A stretch of 64,000 nucleotides of DNA from Elusimicrobiota bacterium (lineage in GTDB: Bacteria; Elusimicrobiota; Elusimicrobia; UBA1565; UBA9628). The translations under genes and the position numbers were made by a program. The stretch lies in NCBI GenBank assembly GCA_030696455.1, contig JAUYSH010000120.1, positions 42,317 to 106,316 of the forward strand, in the 5' to 3' direction. Of this stretch, positions 25,861 to 34,558 are shown piece after piece. The notes under the pieces are model-generated. The model was not told the DNA's origin. It did no database searches and saw nothing but the letters and a program-made list of their open reading frames with translations. Numbering within the stretch: the stretch's first letter is position 1; each line of letters starts with the position of its first letter.

Positions 25861-28008
25861 TCAGGAAAGGAGGCGCCGGGCGGCCTGGCGGAGTTCGTCG
25901 ATGTCGAAGGGCTTGGCGAGAAACTCGGAATTCGTCTTGGAGAGGAACTCGAGCACCTTCGGGTTGAGGATGTCCCCCGTCACGAAGAGCATCTTGGCGC
26001 TCGAGCCGCCCGCGCGGACGCGCTCGTAGATGTCCGAGCCCTTGATCCGCTCCATCTCCATGTCGGAGATGACCAGGTCGAAGGACCCCGCTTCGAGGAG
26101 CTTCAGCGCCTCGGCGCCGCCGTGGGCGACCAGCACCTCGTCGCCGTCCTCCCGCAGCAGGCGGGCGATCACCTCGGCGATGTCGGCCTCGTCGTCGGCG
26201 ACCAGCACGCGCCTGCCCCCCACGGCGGGGTGGCGGACCGGCGCTTCCACCGCTTCGAGCCGCTCGAAGTCCTCGTCGCGGCCCTCGGGCAGGTCGAGCG
26301 TGAACGCGCAGCCGAGGCCGGGGCGGTTCTCGAGGGTGACGTCCCCGCCGTGCTCGCGGGCGATCTGGCGGCAGATCGACAGGCCCAGGCCCGTTCCCCG
26401 TCCGGGCTCCTTCGTCGTGAAGAACGGCTCGAACATCCTTTCCGCCTCCCCGGGCGGGACGCCGGGGCCGTTGTCCTCCACGCGGATGAACGCGCGGCCC
26501 GCCCGCGCCCCGGTCCGCACGACCAGGCGTTTGCCCTCGGGATAGCGCACGACGCCGGCCATCGCGTCGCAGGCGTTGTTGATCAGGTTGACCAGGACCT
26601 GGACGACCTGCTGGAAATCCCCGACGATCAGCGGCGCCCGCTCGGAGGCGTCCTTGGTCACCGTAACGTCGTCGGTCTTGTGCAGGCGGTACTCGAGCAG
26701 CTCCAGCGCCGAGTCCAGCGCCGCATTGAGGTCCACCTTGCCGCGCTCGCGGCGGCTCTGGCGGACGAAGAACAGGAGGTTGTCGACGACTTTGCGGCAG
26801 CGCAGCACGTTGGCGTAGATATGCTCGAGGTCGCGGCGCAGGCCGGGCGGGCAGCCCTCCTGCTGGGCCAGCTGCACGTAGCCGGAGATCGCGCCGAGGG
26901 GGTTGTTGAGCTCGTGGGCCACCGCCGAGATCAAGGTGCCGACCGCGGAGAGCTTCTCGGCCTGGATCAACTGGGACTGGAGCTCGACGGTGCGTCGGCG
27001 GTTGTCCTCGAGGCGCTCGCCCATCTCGTTGAACGCCCCGGACAAGGTGCCGAGCTCGTCGGTCCCGACGTCGGGTATGCGCCGGGTGAAGTCCCCCCGT
27101 CCGAATTTCTCCGCGGCGTCGACCAAGGCCGCGATCGGGCGCGTGATCGAGCGCACCATGACCAGCAGGAGGACGATGAGCCCGACGAGGCCGAGCAAGG
27201 TCGTCAGCAAGGCGGCGTTGCGCACCGTGCGCAGGGGTCCCAGGAAGTCGTCGAGCGGAGCCTCGACGACGACCGCCCAGGGGCGGCCCCTCAGGGGGCT
27301 GCGCGCCGTCAGCAACTCGAGGCCGCCCTCGTTGGCGGGCCGTCCCTCGACGCGCGCCCCGCCGTCCGCCTCGAGATAGGCCCTTCCGCGTCGCCCCACG
27401 ACGACGCCGCCGAGCTGCTCGCGCAGGCGGGTCAGGTCGTAGCTGAAGGCCAGGACCCCCTTGAACTTCCCGACTTCGTCGAACACGGGCTTGGCGTAAT
27501 AGACCGCGGGCGCCGCCCCCGGGCGCGGCTCGAGCCCCGAGGTCCAGAGTCCGCCGGGCCCCGACTCGCGCGCCTTCGAGAAGGCGGGCTCCCGCGGTGA
27601 AGGACTTCCGGCCGCGGCCACGACGGCGCCGCCCGCGTCGAGGTAGGCGATGCGCGCGTAGACCCCGGTGCGCGCGGAGAAGTTGCCCAGGTAGCGGGCC
27701 AGCTCCTTGCGGTAGGCGCCGGCCTCGTCGAGCAGGCCGAAGTCGACGTTGCGGTAATAGTCCGCGATCAGCGGCGTCTCGGCCAAGGTGAGCATGTCGC
27801 GCCGCCGCTGGTCGAAGAGCTCGTCGACCTCGGAGGCCAGGCGCTTGGCCGTCGACGAGGCCTCTTTATTGATCGCGCCGAGGATCTCCCGGCGCGCCAT
27901 CACGTACTGGAACCAGACGAGGCCGCTCACGGCGAGCAGCACCGGCGGCAGGATGGCCGCCAGCAGCTTCCAGGACAGGCTCGACGGGGGGGCAGGCGGA
28001 TCATTCAG
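25861..28008 (-). CDS. Hybrid sensor histidine kinase (TM-Cache-like-TM-HAMP-HisKA-HATPase-REC); start uncertain
   Basis: DELGTLSGAFNEM (HAMP), AHELNNPL, QVLVNLINNA, DNGPG, PFFTTK, GTGLGL, REC with ADD/D/KPF. Frame stays open upstream of GTG 27942 through the first TM to CTG 28008. Confidence 0.92.
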   Translation of the reverse strand: MNDPPAPPSSLSWKLLAAILPPVLLAVSGLVWFQYVMARREILGAINKEASSTAKRLASEVDELFDQRRRDMLTLAETPLIADYYRNVDFGLLDEAGAYRKELARYLGNFSARTGVYARIAYLDAGGAVVAAAGSPSPREPAFSKARESGPGGLWTSGLEPRPGAAPAVYYAKPVFDEVGKFKGVLAFSYDLTRLREQLGGVVVGRRGRAYLEADGGARVEGRPANEGGLELLTARSPLRGRPWAVVVEAPLDDFLGPLRTVRNAALLTTLLGLVGLIVLLLVMVRSITRPIAALVDAAEKFGRGDFTRRIPDVGTDELGTLSGAFNEMGERLEDNRRRTVELQSQLIQAEKLSAVGTLISAVAHELNNPLGAISGYVQLAQQEGCPPGLRRDLEHIYANVLRCRKVVDNLLFFVRQSRRERGKVDLNAALDSALELLEYRLHKTDDVTVTKDASERAPLIVGDFQQVVQVLVNLINNACDAMAGVVRYPEGKRLVVRTGARAGRAFIRVEDNGPGVPPGEAERMFEPFFTTKEPGRGTGLGLSICRQIAREHGGDVTLENRPGLGCAFTLDLPEGRDEDFERLEAVEAPVRHPAVGGRRVLVADDEADIAEVIARLLREDGDEVLVAHGGAEALKLLEAGSFDLVISDMEMERIKGSDIYERVRAGGSSAKMLFVTGDILNPKVLEFLSKTNSEFLAKPFDIDELRQAARRLLS

Positions 28009-28388
28009 CCAATATGGATGTCCGCGCCGGGTCCGATCTTCAGCGCCGGGCTGAAGATCGAGATCGCCTCGCAGGAGACGGCGCCCGTGGAGAATTGATG
28101 CCGCACCCCGCGCGGGATCAGGAGGACGCTGCCCGCGGCCATGCGGTATTTCCGGCCTCCCAAAAGGGCGGACATCGAGCCCGAGACGCAGTAAACGAAC
28201 TCAGACGTGCGCCGGTGATGGATTTCCGGCAAGGTCGTGCGGGGCGGTAGATGCTCGTGCAGAATGGAGACGTCGCCGAGCAGGCCGCCGTCCTCGAGGG
28301 CGCGCGTCACCAGCTTGCCGAAGCGGGAGCCGCGGATGCGGTTCACATGCGTCACGAGAAGGCGCTTACGGGTTCTTTTTCGGATCAT
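28005..28388 (-). CDS. Cupin-domain protein
   Basis: IHHRRTSEFVYCVSG and GSVLLIPRGVRHQF cupin motifs; ATG 28388 overlaps the upstream stop. Confidence 0.85.
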   Translation of the reverse strand: MIRKRTRKRLLVTHVNRIRGSRFGKLVTRALEDGGLLGDVSILHEHLPPRTTLPEIHHRRTSEFVYCVSGSMSALLGGRKYRMAAGSVLLIPRGVRHQFSTGAVSCEAISIFSPALKIGPGADIHIG

Positions 28389-29860
28389 TCGATCTCGGCT
28401 CCGTAGAAATAGGGCATCCCGGAAACGTATGGAGCGAACTTGACTCCGCGCCTCAGCCCGTAGGTACGAATGCGCTGATAGGTGGGCAGGGCGAGGAATT
28501 CCGAGTGGATATAAGCGTCGAGCTCCTCGGACGCCTCCCGCTGCTCGCCGGCGTCGAGCGTCTTGACCATCCTTTCCAGCCGCTCGTCGATCCCCTTGTC
28601 GGACGACAGCGAGAAAGGAGAGTTGCCCGCCAGGAAGATCGAGCGGATGAAAAAGGCGTGATGCATCGGGTCCGGGCAGTCGTAGATGGCGATATCCCAC
28701 TGATCCCGAGTCTTGAGATTCTCGAAGAGCTGCGCGTCGGTGACCAAGGTCGGCTCGAGACGGATGTCGATCCGCTCGAGCTGTTTGGCCAGGATCTGCC
28801 CCGTGCGGACGGCGTTGACCTTCAGCAGAACCTTCAACGCGAACCCCTTCGGATACCCCTCTTCCCGAAGGATCCGTCGCGCCTTCGCGGGGTCGTATGG
28901 GTAAGGCGCCAACTTCGCATTGTGGCCGAATTCCCCGGGCAAGGTGAGCGTCCCGATCGGCACGCCGTTGCCGAGGATGTCGTAGCGCACCAGGGCCTTG
29001 CGGTCGATGCCCAGGTTCAACGCCTCCCGTATTCTCCGATTGGACAGAGGCTTGCGGGAGAGGTTGAAGTTTCCCGCCACCGTGTAGAACGTCGGCTTCT
29101 TGACCACCGCCGTCCGGGAGGAGGCCTGCACCTCCAGCGTGCGCGTTCCGGGAAGGTTCGTCAGGATGTCGAGTTCGCCGGAGAGCAGCGCCTCGACCTG
29201 ACGGGCGGCCGCGATGAACCGGAATTCCAGCCGGTCGACCTTCGGATAGCCGCTTTTCCAATAGTCGGGGTTGGCGTCCAGGACGATGCGGTCGCCCTTC
29301 ACCCACTCCTTGAACACGAACGCCCCGCTGCCGACGGGCTTCTCCCGCAGCGACGCCGCGTCGTGTTTCCCGTAATGCTTCGGCGCGACCATGACCATGA
29401 AGCCCGCGAGGCGGTTGAGCAGCAGGCCGTCGGGGAACCTGGTGACGACGTCGACCTCGAAATCCGAGACGATCTCGGCCCTCGCGATGGAGTCGATGAA
29501 CCCGAGGGCCGGGAAGCCCGTGGCGGGGTCGAGGTAGCGCTCGACGTTGAACTTCACGCTTCTCGCGTCGAAGGGCTCGCCGTTGTGGAACTTCACTCCC
29601 TCGCGCAAAGTGAACCGCATCGTGTTCGCGTCGAGTCGGCGCCACCGCGTCGCGAGCGCCGGTTCGATCTCCCCCTCCGGAGTGAAGCGCACAAGGCCCT
29701 CGAACAGTTGCTGGACGAGCGTATGATTCTTCTCGGAGAACTGCTTGTGGGGATCCAAGGTGAGCGGGTCCTGCACGTCGTCGCACACGGTCAGGACGGA
29801 GGCGGCGGGCGCGGCGAAGGCCGGCGGGAGCAGGAGCAGCAGCGCCAGCAAGGTCGGCAA
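28385..29860 (-). CDS. Family 5 (OppA/DppA-like) solute-binding protein, orphan
   Basis: Signal peptide; TLDPH, LFEGLV, PALAT.W, FTLREGVKFHNGEPF, PVGSGAF, NPDYW; no permease or ATPase nearby. Confidence 0.92.
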   Translation of the reverse strand: MPTLLALLLLLPPAFAAPAASVLTVCDDVQDPLTLDPHKQFSEKNHTLVQQLFEGLVRFTPEGEIEPALATRWRRLDANTMRFTLREGVKFHNGEPFDARSVKFNVERYLDPATGFPALGFIDSIARAEIVSDFEVDVVTRFPDGLLLNRLAGFMVMVAPKHYGKHDAASLREKPVGSGAFVFKEWVKGDRIVLDANPDYWKSGYPKVDRLEFRFIAAARQVEALLSGELDILTNLPGTRTLEVQASSRTAVVKKPTFYTVAGNFNLSRKPLSNRRIREALNLGIDRKALVRYDILGNGVPIGTLTLPGEFGHNAKLAPYPYDPAKARRILREEGYPKGFALKVLLKVNAVRTGQILAKQLERIDIRLEPTLVTDAQLFENLKTRDQWDIAIYDCPDPMHHAFFIRSIFLAGNSPFSLSSDKGIDERLERMVKTLDAGEQREASEELDAYIHSEFLALPTYQRIRTYGLRRGVKFAPYVSGMPYFYGAEIE

Positions 29861-29861
29861 A

Positions 29862-30881
29862 TTATTTTTCCTTTACGCCGATGAGGATGCGCGACGAGTT
29901 CCGGGATTCTACCGCAATCGGATGCTCCGTGAGGCGGGAGAAGCCCGCGCGGCGCAGCCACCCCGCGTATTCCCCGGCCGTGTAGGTGCGGCCGCCTTCG
30001 GTGTAGGCCAGCATGTGCACGGAGAACAGCGCCCCGAACACGGGCCGCACCCGGTCCGGCTCGAGCATGAAGTCGTGGATGATGATTTTCCCCCCGGGCT
30101 TGAGCGCCCTCCGGCTTTCCTCGATGAGGCGGCGGTTGACCTCGGGGCTCTCGTCGTGGGTGATGTGGGAGAGCAGGACGAGGTCGTACTCGCCGCGCCC
30201 GAAGCAGGCGTCGCGGTAATTCCCCGCCTTGAGCCGCGTCCGGGCGGCCAGGCCCGGGAACTCGGCGAGCATCCGGCGCGTGACCTTCAGCGTGCTCGGC
30301 AGATCGAGCAAGGTCGCGCTCATCTCCGGGTTGGCGCGCAGGAAGGCGAGGCTGTACGTGCCGGGTCCGGCGCCGACGTCGAGCAGGCGGCTTCCGGGCG
30401 CGGGGGCCGCGAGCGCCGCGATCTCCGCGGCGGGACCGCGCGCGATGTTGTCCATGCCCTTGATGTATTCCTGCGTGAACCCCTTGTGGCGCAGGAGCCA
30501 ATACTCGAGAGGCCGGACCGCGCCCCCCTTGCCGATGGAATGGCGCAGGTCGCCCCAGGCGTCCCAGATCATCTCCTGGTACTTGAGGTTGTCGCCCATG
30601 TAGCCGGGCTTGCCGCGGACCAGGTAGCGCGCGGAGATCGGGGCGTTGGCGTAGAGCCTTCCGCGCTTGTGAAGGTAGCCGATGGCGGTCAGCGCGTCGA
30701 GCAGGATCTCCATCGCGCGCGGGTCGAGCTTCAGGCGCCGCGCCATGGCCGCGGCGGTGCGGGGAGTCGTCAGCGGGGTGAAGACGTCGATGTAGGCGGC
30801 GACCATGAGGATCTTGGCCTTGCGATAGCCCATGATCTCGTCGATGAGACGGTCGGGGCTCACGGGGGCAGAAGTCTTCAT
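29862..30881 (-). CDS. SAM-dependent O-methyltransferase (Methyltransf_2 with dimerisation domain)
   Basis: N-terminal wHTH-like dimerisation region; LLDVGAGPG, LLDLP, LSHITHD, ALKPGG. Confidence 0.92.
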   Translation of the reverse strand: MKTSAPVSPDRLIDEIMGYRKAKILMVAAYIDVFTPLTTPRTAAAMARRLKLDPRAMEILLDALTAIGYLHKRGRLYANAPISARYLVRGKPGYMGDNLKYQEMIWDAWGDLRHSIGKGGAVRPLEYWLLRHKGFTQEYIKGMDNIARGPAAEIAALAAPAPGSRLLDVGAGPGTYSLAFLRANPEMSATLLDLPSTLKVTRRMLAEFPGLAARTRLKAGNYRDACFGRGEYDLVLLSHITHDESPEVNRRLIEESRRALKPGGKIIIHDFMLEPDRVRPVFGALFSVHMLAYTEGGRTYTAGEYAGWLRRAGFSRLTEHPIAVESRNSSRILIGVKEK

Positions 30882-32611
30882 TTATTGTCTCCCGCGAACA
30901 GCTTATCGAGCGCGCGCACGCGCGAGTGGATCGGCGGCGCCTCGGCGGCATCGACTCGCACGTCGAGCACCGCCGGCCGCCCCGAGGCCAGGGCCGCGGC
31001 GACGGCGGCCGCGAGGTCCCCCGGGTGCAGCACGCGCCGCGTCCAGGCGCCGAGGGCCGAGGCCACGCCCGCGACGTCCATGCGGCGGAACTCCGTCCCG
31101 ATCGTACGCCCCGCGTACTGCATGGCTTGGCCGTGGTAAACCGCGTTGAGGCGCGCGTCGTTGAGCACGATCCAGACGACGGGGACGTTCTCCGTGACCG
31201 CGGTGGAGACCTCCATCCCCGCCATCGCGAAGCCGCCGTCGCCGACGATCGCGATCACCGGGCGCTCCGGCGCGGCGAGCTTGCCTCCCACCGCCGCGGC
31301 CACGCCGTAGCCCATCGCCGCGAACTCGCCCCAGTTGTGGATGAAGGCGTTGCGGCCCGTGGCGGTCAGGTAGTGCGTGGCCCAGAGCGTGTTGGCGCCG
31401 ACGTCGAGGAAGATAAGCGCGTCGCCGGGGAGCGCCGCGTCGAGCTCGGCGATCAGGCGCTGCGGCTTGATCGGCACGGCGTCCGACGCCATCGCGGCGG
31501 GGTCCAGGAAAGACGGCACGCCCGCCTTGAAGCGGGCGAAGGCCCCGCGCGCGCCCGCCGCGGGAGACTCGCCGCGGGCGAGGCGACGGCGCAGCTCGAA
31601 GAGCAGCTCGCGCAAGGTCGTTTTCGCGTCGCCCGCCATGGCGACCGCGACCGGATAGTTCCGGCCGATGACCGCCGGCTCGATGTCCTGCTGCAGCACG
31701 AGCCCGGCGCCGAGCCGCGGGTCCCAGCCGGAGGTGGAGTTCTCGTGCAGGCTGCTGCCGAGGACGAGCAGCGCGTCCGTTCCCTCGTCGAGCAGGTAGC
31801 GTTCGGAGCACGGAGAGCTGGCCAGACCGAACACGCGCAGGGACAGCGGATGCGTCTCCGGGAAGGCGCCCTTGCCTTTCGGGGTGGTCGCCACGGGAAT
31901 CCAGAGAAGCTCCGCCAGCTCGAGGAGCTCCGCCTGCGCCCCGGCAAGATTGACGCCGTGCCCGGCGAGCGCGGCCGGGCGGCGGGCGTCGAGCAGGACG
32001 GCGGCGCAGCGGCGGACCGCGTCCCGGTCGAAGAGCCGCGGCTCCGAGCGGTACATCCCCGGCGCCGCGCTTTCGCCGACGGCCGGGCGACGCATGAAGT
32101 CGGTCGGAACGCTGAGATGCACCGGGCCGCGTCGGCCCGTCAACGCGATTCTCAAGGCCTGGCGCAGGACGCTTCCGGCGGCGGCCGGATTGGCGAGCAT
32201 CGCGCTCATCTTGGTCACGGGGCGAAACAGCGCGACGGTGTCGACGCCGCTCTCGGTGGAATCCTGCAGCGAGCCCTTCCCGAAGGACGAAGTGGCCGTC
32301 TGGGCCGTGAGCACCAGGACCGGCAGCCCGTCGGCCCGCGCCGCGGCGACCGCCGTGATCGCGTTGGCGGCGCCGGGCCCCGTGGTCAGCAGGCAGACGC
32401 CGAGGCCGCCGCGCACGCGGGCGTCGCCCAGGGCCATGAAGGCGGCGCCGGCCTCGTGCCGCGGGGCGACCAGGCGCAGGGCAGGCTCATCGTGAAAGGC
32501 GTCGAACAGCGGGGTCGCCGGCCCCCCGGGAATGCCGTAGACGGTCCGCACGCCTTCGCGCTTCAACTGGTCGAGAATGAGCCTCGAGACGGTGATGACT
32601 TCGCTGGGCAT
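30878..32611 (-). CDS. Thiamine diphosphate-dependent enzyme (acetolactate synthase-like)
   Basis: YGIPGG, RHEAGAAFMA (catalytic Glu), TTGPGAAN, GDGGFAM..LND ThDP motif; no ilvN/ilvC adjacent. Confidence 0.92.
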   Translation of the reverse strand: MPSEVITVSRLILDQLKREGVRTVYGIPGGPATPLFDAFHDEPALRLVAPRHEAGAAFMALGDARVRGGLGVCLLTTGPGAANAITAVAAARADGLPVLVLTAQTATSSFGKGSLQDSTESGVDTVALFRPVTKMSAMLANPAAAGSVLRQALRIALTGRRGPVHLSVPTDFMRRPAVGESAAPGMYRSEPRLFDRDAVRRCAAVLLDARRPAALAGHGVNLAGAQAELLELAELLWIPVATTPKGKGAFPETHPLSLRVFGLASSPCSERYLLDEGTDALLVLGSSLHENSTSGWDPRLGAGLVLQQDIEPAVIGRNYPVAVAMAGDAKTTLRELLFELRRRLARGESPAAGARGAFARFKAGVPSFLDPAAMASDAVPIKPQRLIAELDAALPGDALIFLDVGANTLWATHYLTATGRNAFIHNWGEFAAMGYGVAAAVGGKLAAPERPVIAIVGDGGFAMAGMEVSTAVTENVPVVWIVLNDARLNAVYHGQAMQYAGRTIGTEFRRMDVAGVASALGAWTRRVLHPGDLAAAVAAALASGRPAVLDVRVDAAEAPPIHSRVRALDKLFAGDNK

Positions 32612-32628
32612 GGGCTTGAGCCCGCGGG

Positions 32629-33228
32629 TCAGCGCGCCGCCCGTACGGCTTCGCCCGACGCGGGCTCGCCCGTCAGCAATTGGGCGGCCCGGGCCATCAG
32701 GTCCTTATAGATCAGGGGTTTACGGAAGAACCCGTCGACCTTGAGCTCCGCGAGCTTCTTGGCCGAGAACGGAAGCTTTTGGCCGCTGACGGCGATGATT
32801 TTGAGGCCCTTCGTATGCGGCTGGCTCTTGAGGACCCGGCACACCTGCAGGCCGTCGAGCTTGGGGATGACGATGTCGAGGATGACGAGGTCCGGAGGCG
32901 CCTGCCCGATGCGGATCAGGGCGGTGAGGCCGTCGCCGCAGGTCTCCACGTCGTAGGCGCCGCGGCGGGAGAAGGCCCGCGAGAGAAGCTTGGCCTGCTC
33001 GGCGTCGTCCTCGACGATGAGCACGCGCTTGCGCGCGACGAGCTCGTTGGGCAGGCGGATGCTCAGGCGCTGGAGAAAGTCGATGACGTTCTCCCGCGTC
33101 ACGCGGTAGTGGCCGCCCTCGGTCCGCTGGGTGATCAGCTTGCCGGCCTTGATCCAATGCAGGACGCTCGAGGGGTACACGTCGCAGAATTCGGCGATGT
33201 CGTGGGTCGTGTAGGTTTTTTCGGGCAT
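32629..33228 (-). CDS. Response regulator with N-terminal excisionase/MerR-like HTH and REC domain
   Basis: YTTHDIAEFCDV..SVLHWI..RTEGGHYRV; VEDD, ILDIVIP, RKP. Confidence 0.9.
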   Translation of the reverse strand: MPEKTYTTHDIAEFCDVYPSSVLHWIKAGKLITQRTEGGHYRVTRENVIDFLQRLSIRLPNELVARKRVLIVEDDAEQAKLLSRAFSRRGAYDVETCGDGLTALIRIGQAPPDLVILDIVIPKLDGLQVCRVLKSQPHTKGLKIIAVSGQKLPFSAKKLAELKVDGFFRKPLIYKDLMARAAQLLTGEPASGEAVRAAR

Positions 33229-33240
33229 GGGCTCTCTATG

Positions 33241-33310
33241 CTTCGTTTACTTCGTTTACTGAGTATACACCGATTCCCCCCTTGCGGTCAAGGCTGATTG
33301 CGTCTACACT
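33241..33310. promoter_or_regulatory. Back-to-back promoters with overlapping -35 boxes and a 9-bp tandem repeat
   Basis: Plus: TTGCGG (33282-33287)-17-TACACT (33305-33310). Minus: TTGACC (33291-33286)-18-TATACT (33267-33262). CTTCGTTTA x2 at 33241-33258. Confidence 0.7.
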
Positions 33311-33315
33311 CAGGC

Positions 33316-34026
33316 ATGGACCCATCGAAGCGGAAGCGGACCTTGGTCGTCGAGGATGATCCCGCGATGCGCGCGCTGTACGCCCGCCTGTTCGACCGCC
33401 TCTGGGACGAGGGCTTCGCCTCCGTCATCGTGGAGAACGGGGAACGGGCGCTCGACATCCTGCGGCGCGAGCCGGTGGACCTCATCCTGCTCGACTGGAA
33501 TCTGCCGGGAATCTCCGGGCAGACGGTCCTGCGCGCCGTGCGCGCCCATCCGAAGACCCTCACGATCGGCGTGCTCATGGTCACGGGCAAGTGCTCGCCC
33601 GACGAGGAGATCGAGGCGCTCGACTCGGGCGCCGACGATCACCTGGCCAAGCCGTTCGACGAGAACGTGCTTCTCGCCAGGCTGAGGAGCCTGGGCCGGC
33701 GCCGCGAGCTCGAGACCGCCGCCCCGCCCGCCGACCGTTTCCCGGGACTCGAGTTCGACCCCGGCGCGGACCTGCTTCTCATCGACGGCCGGCGCGTGCG
33801 CCTGACGCCCAAGGAGCTGGGCCTGCTCGGCATTTTCCTGCATCGGCCGAACCGCCTCCTCACGCACGATTACCTTTGGGCCACTTTATGGGGCTACGAG
33901 TCCGAGCGCTGGGAGAACCTCCTCATCGTCACGCTGTCGTCCCTGCGCCGAAAGCTCGGGGAAAAATGGGGCTCGCGCCTGATGTGCCGCAAAGGCCGGG
34001 GGTACATTCTCGAGAGCCCGCCTTGA
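33316..34026 (+). CDS. OmpR/PhoB-family response regulator
   Basis: VEDD, LLDWNLPG, GADDHLAKPF, LTPKE..LL, LRRKL, GRGY. Confidence 0.93.
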   Translation: MDPSKRKRTLVVEDDPAMRALYARLFDRLWDEGFASVIVENGERALDILRREPVDLILLDWNLPGISGQTVLRAVRAHPKTLTIGVLMVTGKCSPDEEIEALDSGADDHLAKPFDENVLLARLRSLGRRRELETAAPPADRFPGLEFDPGADLLLIDGRRVRLTPKELGLLGIFLHRPNRLLTHDYLWATLWGYESERWENLLIVTLSSLRRKLGEKWGSRLMCRKGRGYILESPP

Positions 34027-34054
34027 TGTTGCTTTGACTTCCATCTTCTATCTT

Positions 34055-34558
34055 ATGCCGGCGAGAATATCGGCCCTCGTCTTCGCGCTCGTCTGCGCCT
34101 CCACCATCGTCCGCGCGGCGGACGAGCCGGACGAAAACGCCCGCAAGTTTCAGGAGGGCGTGAGCCGCTACGCCGAAGGCGACGCGGAGGCCGCGCTGGC
34201 CTTGTTTCGGGAAGTCGCGCGCCGGGACCCGCACGATCGCGCCGCGCGCGCCGCGATCCGGCGTCTCGAGATCGAGGGCACTCCTCGGGCGGCGAAGCCG
34301 GCGGCGCCCGGGCCGCGCCCCGGGGCTTTCGAGCGGTTTTTCCTCGGGACGCTTCCGCGTTGGTATTACTTCGAACGCACCGTGGGCGACGGCCTCCGCG
34401 ACGTCGGGACGCTGAGCGCCCTCAACGCCCAAGTCGCTCAATTATTGGGCGAACGAAAGTTCGCCCTCGCCGCGGGCCGCCCTTTCCGCAAGGACGTCCG
34501 CCTGCGCGAGCTGCTTCGCAGGGCGCCGCTCGCGGCGAGGAGCGGGGACGAAGTCTAG
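34055..34558 (+). CDS. Exported protein with a TPR-like motif
   Basis: Signal peptide; FQEGVSRYAEGDAEAALALFREVARRDP. Confidence 0.65.
   Translation: MPARISALVFALVCASTIVRAADEPDENARKFQEGVSRYAEGDAEAALALFREVARRDPHDRAARAAIRRLEIEGTPRAAKPAAPGPRPGAFERFFLGTLPRWYYFERTVGDGLRDVGTLSALNAQVAQLLGERKFALAAGRPFRKDVRLRELLRRAPLAARSGDEV

Noticed and set aside
30878..32611. Calling the ThDP enzyme ilvB
   Set aside because: No regulatory subunit or branched-chain amino acid genes adjacent; context points elsewhere, so the symbol is withheld.
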